Below are positions 44,667-53,475 of a stretch of DNA of 64,000 bases, piece by piece. Origin of the DNA: Vicinamibacterales bacterium (lineage in GTDB: Bacteria; Acidobacteriota; Vicinamibacteria; Vicinamibacterales; UBA8438). Each line of letters begins with the position of its first letter. Positions within the stretch are counted from its first letter, which is position 1. The position numbers were made by a program, and so were the translations under genes. The DNA lies in NCBI GenBank assembly GCA_963663815.1, contig OY760734.1; one strand, given 5' to 3'. The notes beneath the pieces were generated by a model, which worked only from the letters and a program-made list of their open reading frames with translations, was not told where the DNA came from and made no database searches.

Positions 44667-44702
44667 AGCTTGGCTTAGCTAGATGAATTAGCTAAGCAAG
44701 CT
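44667..44702. repeat. AT-rich imperfect palindrome AGCTTGGCTTAGCTA-gatgaat-TAGCTAAGCAAGCT at the right edge of the low-GC cassette
   Basis: Read directly. 14/15-bp arms with a 7-nt spacer, immediately before resolvase remnant 2. Confidence 0.6.
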
Positions 44703-44704
44703 CC

Positions 44705-44891
44705 GGGGTCGCCTTCGTGGTGTGTGTGGACGCTCAAGGAGAACATCCGGGTCGAGGGCAGTCGCGACATCCAGACGAAGGTCATGGCCGAGGTTGAGCG
44801 CGAGCTGATCTCGGAGCGCACCCGCGAGGGCCTCGCTCGGACCAGGGCCGGAGGCCGGAAGCTCGGCCGCCCCGGGCCGCGCCGTCGGTGA
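44705..44891 (+). pseudogene. serine recombinase remnant 2 (direct, diverged repeat of part of remnant 1)
   Basis: GVAFV.. then LKENIRVEGSRDIQTKVMAEVERELISERTREGLARTRAGGRKLGRPGPRRR*. Internal deletion and frameshift relative to a normal resolvase. Same strand as remnant 1. Confidence 0.55.
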
Positions 44892-45156
44892 CGACCGTGC
44901 ACGGGAACAATGTGACGTCGGCGCCGGCGCGTTGATGCCGGATTCGACGAGCGGGTGGGCTTCGACTGTCCGGGCGTCGTGGCGCGCCATTTCGCGAGGT
45001 CAGCCCGTCGTTCCGCCTCCCACAAGCGCTGGACGAGCCGACCCGGGAGATCACGCCCCGGCGCCATGGCCGGGGCGTGTAACGGGTAACGGCGTCAGCG
45101 AAGCCCGGCGGCTCGGCCGGTCCGGCAGGACGCGCGGCGCCGCGTCTCGGTAACGG

Positions 45157-45858
45157 TTACCGGCTCTCCTCCTCGAAGCTGCGCAGGTAACGGGACACGG
45201 TGATCGGCGCGCAGCCGATCGCCTTCGCGATGCGCCTGAAGCCGAGGCCCTGGGCCCGAAGCTCGACCATCCGCGCGACGGCCTCGGCCGACATCGGCGG
45301 GCGCAGGAACCCGCGCCTGACCGTCACGCGGCCGCGCCGGCGCAGGACCCTCCGGTCGGCGAGGGCCGGCATCGAGCGCTCGTCGTCGTCAACCTCGGGT
45401 GCGTGCTTCGCCACCTCGTGCCAGTCGACGGCGGCGCGCGTCGGACCGCCGTTGACGGGCTCGGGGTCCGGCATCTGGTCGAGGAGGCCGTCGCCGCCGC
45501 GCCACGCGACCTCGAACTCCTGCTCGGGGCCCACGACCGACTCGCGGACAACCGTCGTCAGCGGCTCGACCCGGTGGTAGACGACCGACAGCCCCGTCGT
45601 GTGGCCGGCGCCGGTGCGATACGACACGTCGGCGAGAGCCGAGCTCACGGCCGGACTCGCCAGCGCCGCGGCCAGCGCGGAGCCCTGGAGGCGCAGCTTC
45701 GTCGCCACGCGCAAGGCGCGGATCGTCGAGCCGGCGCCGTCGATCGAGCGGACGACGATCTCGGAGCCGACCCGGAGCGGCCGGCGCTCCCGGAACGGAT
45801 TCCCGCCGCCGTCGCGGAACCGGTCCCTCCTCGAATTGCGGACGCGAGTGCTGGCCAT
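45157..45858 (-). CDS. hypothetical protein with C-terminal resolvase-type HTH (HTH_7/23-like)
   Basis: AGGAGGAG RBS 7 nt upstream of the ATG. C-terminus ..MSAEAVARMVELRAQGLGFRRIAKAIGCAPITVSRYLRSF.. Confidence 0.6.
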   Translation of the reverse strand: MASTRVRNSRRDRFRDGGGNPFRERRPLRVGSEIVVRSIDGAGSTIRALRVATKLRLQGSALAAALASPAVSSALADVSYRTGAGHTTGLSVVYHRVEPLTTVVRESVVGPEQEFEVAWRGGDGLLDQMPDPEPVNGGPTRAAVDWHEVAKHAPEVDDDERSMPALADRRVLRRRGRVTVRRGFLRPPMSAEAVARMVELRAQGLGFRRIAKAIGCAPITVSRYLRSFEEESR

Positions 45859-46746
45859 CGTTCACTCCTCCTGCGGCGAGTCGCGTCCGGCCTCATGCCG
45901 ACCCGCGCTCGGTGCGCACACGTCGCGCCGCAGGACCCCTGCCCGCGATTCCGGGGTCAGGGAGCCCCGGAGGGGACCGCTGCCCGGGGTGTCTAATCGA
46001 CCGGCCGATGCTTTTCGGCGCCGGCGTTCAGGCCGGCCGGCCCGGGAGAGCGGCCCCTCGTCGGACACGGCGGTGGTGGTGGGGAGGGCGGTGGTGGTGG
46101 GGGGGAGGAGCCGGCCTGCGGCGAAGCCGCGTTTCTTGCCGGCGCCGTCAAGGTGAAGGAGCGGAGATTCGACGGCCCGGGCGTTCAGCGGCGGCGGTCG
46201 CTCTTCGCTTCCGCCGTCCTTGACGCCGGAATCTGCGAGAGGCGCACCCGTCTGGCCGGCCCGCTCTTCAGGCCGGCCGGGTGCGCCGTCGCAAGGGCAG
46301 GGGTTCGCCGCCCATCCCGTGGCCGTCGCCCTTCACGGCCTCGGGATGGAGGCCGGACCGCAGTCCCAGGTCCGGCCGGGGGCGGCGTCCGCCCCGCCGG
46401 CGGAGCCGGCGTTCGGAGCGGGTGACGTCCAACCCGCTCCGGGGGCGGATGGGACGACTGTGCGTGCAAGCCAACCTCTCGACCTGGCACGGCGTGAAGC
46501 AGGGGAGGACGGGGCGGCCCGCCCCGAAGCGGCGGGCCGGCAGACCCGCACGCGGGCCGCGGCGGACGGATCGGATACAGCGCGGCCCGCGTCGCTCGCG
46601 GGCCCTGTCCGGCCCGCCCTGGTCAGCATCCGGCGGGTGGGGCTCGGGGAGGGTCGTCCTCCCCGTGGAAACTGGAGGGGTTGCAGGGGAGAGCTTTGCT
46701 CACCCCCCTGGAGAATGAGCCGGACCTCTTGCGGTCCGCCAGCCAG

Positions 46747-47239
46747 CTAGGTGTTCGGCTTGGCCTTGGCGTTTCGCCGCGTGCCGAGCACGCGGTTCAT
46801 CAACGATTGCCCCGACACCTCGTCGACGGCGTTGTCGATCATGGCCCGCGTCCGCTCCTCGTTCACCGAGGCGGTTCGGGCTACCGTTTCCTTGAGTCCG
46901 GTCACCTCCGCCTTGATCTCCGTGATCGCGGAGACTTCGTTGGCGATCGCCGCGATCCGGGTCTCCATGGCTCTGAGCGCGGCCGTGATTACGCCGGGCT
47001 CGGACTATTGAATCGTCTCGGTTGCCGTCTTGAACGCCGTGACGGCCTCGCTGAGCTCGTCGACTCCCTTTCGGGTGGTCGTGATGAGCTTCTTGACTTC
47101 GCGGGCGAGAGCTTCGAGCCCCTTCCGGGTCTCGTCGAGGGACTTGTGGAGCGACTCCCTCTTCCAGCTGGCGGATGACCTCGCCGGCTTTCTTCTCGGT
47201 CTCGTCAAGGCGCTCGATCACTTGCTCCATCGTGTCCAT
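46747..47239 (-). pseudogene. coiled-coil protein gene interrupted by one frameshift (about 47165) and one in-frame TAG (47005-47007), or 2-3 tiny genes
   Basis: MDTMEQVIERLDETEKKAGEVIRQLE | ..SLHKSLDETRKGLEALAREVKKLITTTRKGVDELSEAVTAFKTATETIQ* | SEPGVITAALRAMETRIAAIANEVSAITEIKAEVTGLKETVART.. Confidence 0.35.
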
Positions 47240-47248
47240 CTGCTTTCC

Positions 47249-47716
47249 TCAGAATGCGTTCTCCGAGATCAGCGTTGTATACTCGTCGGCGCGGCGCGTG
47301 TGGGCTCGCCCGATGTTCTCGACCAGCCGTCCGAGTCTGCGGGCCCCGAGTATGGCGCGGACACGGTCGTCGGGGTGATCGTGTACACGGACGATGGCTC
47401 TCTTCGTCAACGGATCGAACTCGGGTCGCTCTTGGCGCAGCTCCAGGAGTTCGGCGGTGAGCGGTGGCCCGAGTTCGGGGGCGTACTCGGCGCTCAGGTC
47501 GAAGAGCGTCTCTACGGCGGCGTCGATCTCGCGTTCGGGGATGGCGTACTTGTGTTTCGCCGCGCCCAGGGCCGCGGCGATGCTCTGGCGAGTGGTCGCG
47601 TGGTCGTGGTCGGAGCACATCGTCTCGGCGACGGCGCGGGCCAGGAGCAGCCCCGGGTGGTCGGCCTGCGATTCGAGGGCGCGGATACACAGGCCGCGCA
47701 GCTCGCCGGCTTCCAT
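47249..47716 (-). CDS. hypothetical protein. The reading frame stays open and protein-like upstream to about 47830 without any start codon, so it is probably a 5'-truncated remnant.
   Basis: In-frame upstream translation ..QVRVLQEGLGSEYIRELLAAETVKFPPWWDLVRKVKNE-MEAGELRGL.. No RBS before the ATG at 47716. Confidence 0.4.
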   Translation of the reverse strand: MEAGELRGLCIRALESQADHPGLLLARAVAETMCSDHDHATTRQSIAAALGAAKHKYAIPEREIDAAVETLFDLSAEYAPELGPPLTAELLELRQERPEFDPLTKRAIVRVHDHPDDRVRAILGARRLGRLVENIGRAHTRRADEYTTLISENAF

Positions 47717-47827
47717 CTCGTTCTTGACCTTGCGGACGAGATCCCACCACGGTGGAAACTTGACGGTTTCGGCCGCGAGGAGTTCGCGAATATACTCTGA
47801 TCCTAGGCCTTCCTGCAGGACGCGGAC

Positions 47828-48040
47828 TTGAGCGAGCGGCAGGCCGAAGCGTTGGTAGACGTATTCAGCAATGCCATCGGCGAACCCATAACGAGAACGG
47901 ACCTGGACGCCTTCAAGTCGGACATCAGAGCCGAAATCGCAGCGCTCGACGCCCGCATCGGTACTCTGGAGGCGCGAATCACTTGGCGAATCGTGCTCGC
48001 CCTCGGGGCATTCGCTGCTCTAGTTCGCCTGATGCCCTGA
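47828..48040 (+). CDS. DUF1640-like fragment (lacks about 10 N-terminal residues; TTG start in track)
   Basis: ..LSERQAEALVDVFSNAIGEPITRTDLDAFKSDIRAEIAALDARIGTLEARITWRIVLALGAFAALVRL.. Same architecture as 36870..37262. Two stop codons (TGA, TAG) lie in frame about 20-30 nt upstream. Confidence 0.4.
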   Translation: MSERQAEALVDVFSNAIGEPITRTDLDAFKSDIRAEIAALDARIGTLEARITWRIVLALGAFAALVRLMP

Positions 48041-48059
48041 ACCGCGCCCTAGACAAGCG

Positions 48060-49859
48060 TCAGAGCGTCTCAAACCACGCCTTCATCTTCAACGCCATGA
48101 GTCTGCGCCGCTCTTCCAGGAACTCATCGTAGGCAGGGATGACACCGTCAAGCAGCGACGCCGGAAGACAATGATCTGACAGGTTCTCGCGCAGGTTTTG
48201 TGCGTCTGTTATGCCGCCGTACCTCTTGCTTCCGCCGTTGCACTGGGCCGCGACCTCGGGAAAGTACGTGGCTGGTGGGTCGTCACCGATGGCGATATTG
48301 ATCTCGCTCTGCGCGATCACCAGATTCGCAATCTGGTTGTAGCGGCCGGCCGGCAGATGCATCGTCTTCTTGAGGTAGTTCCTGGGAAAGACATGATGCC
48401 GATCGCTTCTGTACGTCAGCAGGTCGTTCACGGTGATGTCCCTGGACAGGAATCCTCTGTCGCCCTGCTTCACCTGCGCGGCCTGGTACGCCAAGAAGTA
48501 CGGACTGTTCGACGATGACGTTTCCATCAACTGCGGGAGCATGCCGGTCCAAAAGCTCTCGGAAAGCTCATTATCGATCAGCATGCCGGCATACGCCGCC
48601 AAGCCCCGGGACTCGATCTGTCGGATATCCGTGTCGAAGGTCGTCTCAGGGTTTCCTGTGTAGCGCCTCCGTAGGGTTGCCATCACGTACCATCGCCTGA
48701 CGAGTCGTTCGAGGTCGGCAGCCGGCATCTTTTCCGCCCGACCGCGAAGATAGATGATGTACGCGAAATTGACGGCGTTGAGTCCACCGATCAGTGCGCT
48801 GCTCACGAAGCCCCCCGAGCGCAGGATCATCGTGATGCGATCGAAGTGGGTCTTGTTGACGAAGGCCAGGATGCCCTTTTTCAACCGCGCGAACGACGCC
48901 TCGGCGATGGCCTCCTCGTACTCCTTGGTCTCGAAGTTGCGGCCCGAGAGCAGCGCCACCAAGTCCTGCAACCGGCCGCGCCCGAACTCGGACGTGAACG
49001 CGACCCGCAGCATGTCCGTGTAGGTCGGGTCGTAGATGTCGTCGTTGACGTCGCTCAGCCAGCGCATGCGGGGGAGAAACTCGGATGTCGCGAAGGCCGT
49101 GTCTCCCTGCTCGATGCGTGACAGAAACTCGGGCGCCACGGCAAGATGGCAGAAGTAGTCGATGGCCTTCCGGAGAAGGTTGCCCCCGTACTTTTCGCTG
49201 GCCGCGATTTTCGACATGACGAAATCGGCTTGGGAGAGTTCCGCGCCCGCTGAGTTCACGCGGATGAAGATCTCGGTCACCGTCTCAATGTCGAGATCCT
49301 CGGCCAGCTCAATGATGCCAACGGAGTTGTTGACGATCTTCCGGAGTTTCTCCAGCACGAGCGACACGCGCCGTCGGTCGGCGTGGACGTTCTTGGCTGT
49401 GTAGGCATCGGTCAACTCAACCAGGTTGGCGTGAGGCGCGAAAACGTCGGCCACGTCCTCGATCCAGGACGCGTCCTTGCGAATCGCCGGGTTGGCAACT
49501 TCGAACCGCTCCTCAACGGGGTGGAAGGCGATGCTGATGCGAACGATCTCGTAGTCCTTGGTCAAGACCTCTTGACCGAGAAGCGCCGCCATCAGAGCGG
49601 TGACGCGTTGCTGACCGTCGATCAAGATCCGCTTCCCGGCCGAGGGTGTCCCGTCCTTCAGCTTGACGGTCGGATTCCGCCAAGCGATCAGGTAGCCGAC
49701 GGGGTAGCCGCGATAGAGTGAATCGAGGAGATTGCGAACTTTGGTCGCATCCCAGACGAACGGACGTTGGATCTCCGGAATCGCGATCTCGCCGGACTTC
49801 ACCCAGGTGAGCAGCGTTTCGATGGGATGGGGCGTCACCGAGTACCGTTGAATTACCAT
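48060..49859 (-). CDS. DUF262 (ParB-like, DGQQR) + C-terminal His-Me/HNH-like (DUF1524-type) protein: GmrSD/SspE-like type IV restriction enzyme candidate
   Basis: Start moved to MVIQRYSV (49859). ..[37 protein letters not shown].. C-terminus ..[11 protein letters not shown]...[18 protein letters not shown].. GC visibly lower than the flanks. Confidence 0.75.
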   Translation of the reverse strand: MVIQRYSVTPHPIETLLTWVKSGEIAIPEIQRPFVWDATKVRNLLDSLYRGYPVGYLIAWRNPTVKLKDGTPSAGKRILIDGQQRVTALMAALLGQEVLTKDYEIVRISIAFHPVEERFEVANPAIRKDASWIEDVADVFAPHANLVELTDAYTAKNVHADRRRVSLVLEKLRKIVNNSVGIIELAEDLDIETVTEIFIRVNSAGAELSQADFVMSKIAASEKYGGNLLRKAIDYFCHLAVAPEFLSRIEQGDTAFATSEFLPRMRWLSDVNDDIYDPTYTDMLRVAFTSEFGRGRLQDLVALLSGRNFETKEYEEAIAEASFARLKKGILAFVNKTHFDRITMILRSGGFVSSALIGGLNAVNFAYIIYLRGRAEKMPAADLERLVRRWYVMATLRRRYTGNPETTFDTDIRQIESRGLAAYAGMLIDNELSESFWTGMLPQLMETSSSNSPYFLAYQAAQVKQGDRGFLSRDITVNDLLTYRSDRHHVFPRNYLKKTMHLPAGRYNQIANLVIAQSEINIAIGDDPPATYFPEVAAQCNGGSKRYGGITDAQNLRENLSDHCLPASLLDGVIPAYDEFLEERRRLMALKMKAWFETL

Positions 49860-51517
49860 GAGTCGGACTCTTCCTCCCGCAGCCTCGCTGAGTTCGCAGG
49901 CGGGGCCAGCAATCGCGGCTGGCGGTGCCTTCCCGTGCATAGGGCACGGCGTTCCCGTGCATAGGGCACGGCGGCTGGCGCGCAACCCGAGATGGTACCA
50001 CGTCGTGTTGCTCGGGCAGGCGCTTCGACTCGAGGAAGCCCGTGCCGCACAGCAGAGCGGTGGCGAGCATCCGGCAGACCACCGGACGGCGCCGGCACCA
50101 CGACGGAGTCGTTCTGCTTCAGCGCGCTCAGGATCGCCTCGCCCTGGAACGGGCGGAAATCCCGTTTCCGGAAGATGTTCCGAAGGAACAGCGTCAGCGC
50201 CGGGCGCGCGTCAGCGTACGTTTCGGCCACCGCCGGGCGGCGGTTCCGGTCGTAGGACTGTCGAGTCGCCATCGGCGGCGGGATCGACGCGGGACGGATG
50301 ATGAAGTCGGGTTCTCCGGTTCGGTCGATGGCGTCGAACGGGCTTGAGTCGAATTCCACGGCGATGCGGAGTTTGTCGCAGGCGTTGGCCGGGGCGGCCG
50401 GCTCGCCTCCTTCAGACCTGTCGGCCGCATCGGGCGGCCAGGTGACGGGCGGGTTGTCGCCGGCGTGCACGGTGCAGGCTCTCGGCGCTGTCCGGGTGCC
50501 GTAGAGTGCGTCGAGCGCCGCGATCATGTCGAGAGCGTCGGTGACGCCTCCCGCGGCGGCTGCGCCGGCGCCGGTAACGGTGACACGCCAGTCGGCGCCG
50601 CGGGTAAGCCAGCCGTACTCGACGGCCCGCGCGAGCGCGAACTGGACCTTGGATGCCTTGGCGCACTCGATGGCCAGCGCGGCGGGTTCGCTGTGGCCGG
50701 CCGGCGGGAACGCTTCGAGCGCGGCCCGGGACCGCTCCTGGATGCGGTCGAGCGCCGGGCCGCGGCCGCGCATCACCTCGTCGTTGGTGACGCGGACGAC
50801 GTCGATCCCAACGTCGTGCAGCTCCTTGTCTCGGACGCGGTCGGCGTCGGGGTCGTGCTCGGGGCCGTCGAGCTCGACCGTGAACGGCCGGCCGGCCGGA
50901 TGGCAGAACAGGAAGTCGCTCCGGCGGGCGCCGGAGCCGTCTCCGAGGCCGGCGGCCTCAAGGAGCGTGTCGAGCGGCGCCTGCGGCGTGAACCAGTGTC
51001 CCCCCTCGGGTCCGAGGGCCTCCGGCACCCACCTTTTCAGGAACACCGCCTCGGCGTCGCTATCGACGAGCGCGTCGGTGTCGCCGGGCGTGCCGTCGAA
51101 AGACGGGTCGAGCGTGAACACGCGCTTCCTGAGCGCTTGCGCCAGGATCGTGTCCGCCCTGGCGCTGAGAGCGTCGTTCAGCTTCTCGCGGTTCCAGCCG
51201 ACCTCATGCGAGTCCTCGCCGAGTTCGGCGACCTGGTCGGTCAAGGCACCGGCCTTGAGCGCCGCGCGCTCGACCCCGAGCGTCGCGAGCGGGGTCCGCC
51301 CTCGGCGGAGGATCTTGATCAGCAGGCTGCTCGTGAACCGGGCGTCCGTCGTGCCTTCGAGCGACCGGCTGGAATTCGACAGCACGAGCGTCTGGCACAG
51401 CACCTTGCGCAAGCGGTTCGCCTTCGCGAGGTGGCGGTGGAGGATGCCGGGGAGCGAGCCGATGGAGACGTACTCGGCGGCGAAGCCGGGGCGACGTTGG
51501 GGCGTTTTCCGGTCCAC
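49853..51517 (-). pseudogene. N-terminal portion of a DUF559(Vsr/endonuclease-like)-RecQ-like helicase. Sensible sequence stops about 20 residues into helicase motif I (about 50080); the rest of the ORF is a nonsense tail.
   Basis: ..FLFCHPAGRPFTVELDGPEHDPDADRVRDKELHDVGIDVVRVTNDEV.. (DUF559 pattern). ..[38 protein letters not shown].. (RecQ Q-motif/motif I entry), then [13 protein letters not shown]... No Walker A lysine and no further helicase motifs. Confidence 0.5.
49930..49973. repeat. perfect tandem duplication of a 22-bp unit TTCCCGTGCATAGGGCACGGCG, each unit a 6-bp-stem hairpin (CCGTGC-atagg-GCACGG)
   Basis: Read directly. 71-114 nt upstream of the DUF262 gene start and inside the nonsense tail of the truncated helicase ORF. 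Confidence 0.85.
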
Positions 51518-51904
51518 TCGACCGGGAGGTCGAGCATCTGCCGATTCGTCGGTGGCCCGGGCGGGCCGCTCGGGCTGGGCTTCTTGCCCGTCTCCGGGCG
51601 GTCTAATGCGCGAGGACGCCGGCGCCGGCGGCGGGTCGGTCGGGGCTCGTCGGTCGCGATGCCGGGCGGGGGCGAGGTCGCGCGGGTTGTTCGCGTGTTC
51701 GCATGGGTCCGCGGGAATTGTAGGCCGGATGCGCTCGATGCATTGCGCCCGCCACTCCTGGGATGAGGCATCGTCGAATGGGCTCAGGCGACTCGCGTCT
51801 GGGAATGGCTGCCGGGAGGGAGGCGGTGGGCCCTTGGGGAGCCGTGGGTGCGCGCCCCGCTTTGCTCCCGAGGACGACTGCCGCTGGCGGACGCGAGGCG
51901 GCTG

Positions 51905-52174
51905 TCAACCGAGCCCAGCCACGTCGAGAGCGTCCGGCCGGGATGCGGTGCCTTGGGTGATGCGCTCCTCGAGGAACAGCTTGGCGTCGCGCCGCTTCGC
52001 GAACGCGGCCGAGGGGCGCCACTCTTCGGGCTGATCGGTTGCCTCGTGAACCTCCCAGCGGGCGGAGTCCGGTTGCGGTCCGGACTTCGTTCGTACGAGC
52101 CGCCAGCGGCCGTCGGGGGTGCGGTACTCTCGCCGGCCGTTCTTGCCCGGCTCGTGTCTCGGTGTCAGCTTCAT
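51905..52174 (-). CDS. small hypothetical protein
   Basis: MKLTPRHEPGKNGRREYRTPDGRWRLVRTKSG..WEVHEATDQPEEW.. Last gene of the primase operon. Confidence 0.4.
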   Translation of the reverse strand: MKLTPRHEPGKNGRREYRTPDGRWRLVRTKSGPQPDSARWEVHEATDQPEEWRPSAAFAKRRDAKLFLEERITQGTASRPDALDVAGLG

Positions 52175-52206
52175 GCGTTCGTGCTCTGTCGTTCCGCCGG
52201 CTGCTC

Positions 52207-52437
52207 TCACGCGCGCCCGGTCGTCACCCGTGCGATTCCACCCCCTCGGCGGGGAGCCGTCGTCTCGACGTCGCCCACGTGTGCGCCGACGTCGCCGGCG
52301 CCGAAGAGCGGGAGCTGGCGGAGCGCCTGGTCGACTTCGGCGACGGTGGCGGCCCTGAAGCCGTTGCCCGTGTCGACATCGACTCGAACTACTCCTGCCT
52401 CGTCGGTGGCCAGGACCCGCCAGCGGAGGATGGTCAT
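52207..52437 (-). CDS. small hypothetical protein (76 aa)
   Basis: ATG at 52437 coupled (ATGA) to the primase stop. MTILRWRVLATDEAGVVRVDVDTGNGFRAATVAEVDQALRQLP.. Confidence 0.4.
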   Translation of the reverse strand: MTILRWRVLATDEAGVVRVDVDTGNGFRAATVAEVDQALRQLPLFGAGDVGAHVGDVETTAPRRGGGIARVTTGRA

Positions 52438-53324
52438 GAGGGGCCTGCTGCCGTGACCAGGTTGCTCTCGCTCCGCACCCACTCGACGAGGGGCGCGACG
52501 TCGTCGGCGGCCCAGGCGTCCCAGGCGTCGAATCCCTCGGTCGCCGGCGCCCACCAGGGGAGGCCCGTCCTCACGGCGGCGTCGATGCCGGGACGGACGC
52601 CGTTCTCGTCCGGATGGTCGTGGTCCGCGATGACGGCGGCCGGGCGCCGGCCGAGCCGTCTGGCCGTCTCGAGGAGTCCGTTTCGGGAGAGGCAGGCCGC
52701 GACGCCGAGCGGCGGGTCGGTGATGCAGAGGGCGACCGCGAGGGCGGAGGCCACCCCCTCGGTGAGCAGGAGCGGTCCCGCCGCGCGCCAGCGGGGCGAC
52801 GTCGCGAGTCCAGAGAGCCGCAGGTCGCGCTGAAACCGCTTGGCGCCGTCGGGTAGGATGAACTGGGCGCCGGCGATGCCGGGAAGCAGCTGCCCGCCGG
52901 CGAAGGGCTTCAGCGGCACGAGCCACATGTCGCGGTGCGTCCAGACGAGCCGCTCGGAGTCGGGGAACTTCCGGCGGAAGTACGTCGGCTGGCCGCGGTG
53001 GGCGACGGCGAAGAGCCGCCGGGCGCGGCGGGCCTGGTCGGAGAGTGTCGGGTCGGCGAGCTCGACCGCGACGGTGGCCGGGCGCCGGCGCCGCGGCCGA
53101 ACCCGGGTGTCGAACGAGTCGCCGAGCAACGCGCGGTGCAGTTGCCGGTACGTGTGTCCGTGCCGGCATCGCGCGAGCACGGGTTGGACGCGCCCGGGCT
53201 TGATCCAGAAGCGGTCGTCGCCGGTCTGGCAGATCGGGCAGGGGCCGCAGTGCTCCTGCCCGCGGCGGCGGAGCGTGATGCCCTGCCGGCGGCACGCATC
53301 GATCCAGTCGTGGACCGTGGGCAT
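52434..53324 (-). CDS. primase-like protein: CHC2-type zinc finger + Toprim domain
   Basis: Start moved to MPTVHDWIDAC. ..EHCGPCPICQTGDDRFWI.. (Zn finger) ..LLLTEGVASALAV..AVIADHDHPDENG.. (Toprim E and DxD). Confidence 0.65.
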   Translation of the reverse strand: MPTVHDWIDACRRQGITLRRRGQEHCGPCPICQTGDDRFWIKPGRVQPVLARCRHGHTYRQLHRALLGDSFDTRVRPRRRRPATVAVELADPTLSDQARRARRLFAVAHRGQPTYFRRKFPDSERLVWTHRDMWLVPLKPFAGGQLLPGIAGAQFILPDGAKRFQRDLRLSGLATSPRWRAAGPLLLTEGVASALAVALCITDPPLGVAACLSRNGLLETARRLGRRPAAVIADHDHPDENGVRPGIDAAVRTGLPWWAPATEGFDAWDAWAADDVAPLVEWVRSESNLVTAAGPS

Positions 53325-53475
53325 GACTTGGTTCCGTTTCGATCGGGCCTGCAGGGCGCTCGAGCCCGGAGTGACGACCGTGGGGCTGTCCGAAGCCGGC
53401 ACCCTGCTGTCCGGCATGATATCCCGTCCTGTGCGCGCCGGAGCGAATCACTCGTCCAATCGGAGGGGGGCCTAC

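Noticed and set aside
44675-45153. Minus- and plus-strand ORFs 44675..45067, 44688..44990, 44782..45054 and 44932..45153.
   Set aside because: They overlap the resolvase remnant in antisense or alternative frames and have Arg/Pro-rich composition. None has an RBS or a motif.
47830-48019. Upstream extension of the minus-strand frame of 47249..47716 as far as the TAG at 48020-48022.
   Set aside because: This part is antisense to the DUF1640-like plus-strand sequence, whose coiled-coil plus C-terminal TM pattern is more convincing. I therefore treat only about 47830-47249 as possible remnant coding sequence.
49853-50080. The C-terminal approx 80 residues of the 554-aa ORF, and the N-terminal 42 residues of the 641-aa ORF 48060..49985, as real coding sequence.
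   Set aside because: Both are Arg/Pro/Ala-rich nonsense spanning the 22-bp duplication. The helicase-like sequence ends at ..VVVPAPSGG, and the DUF262 protein has a proper start at MVIQRYSV (49859).
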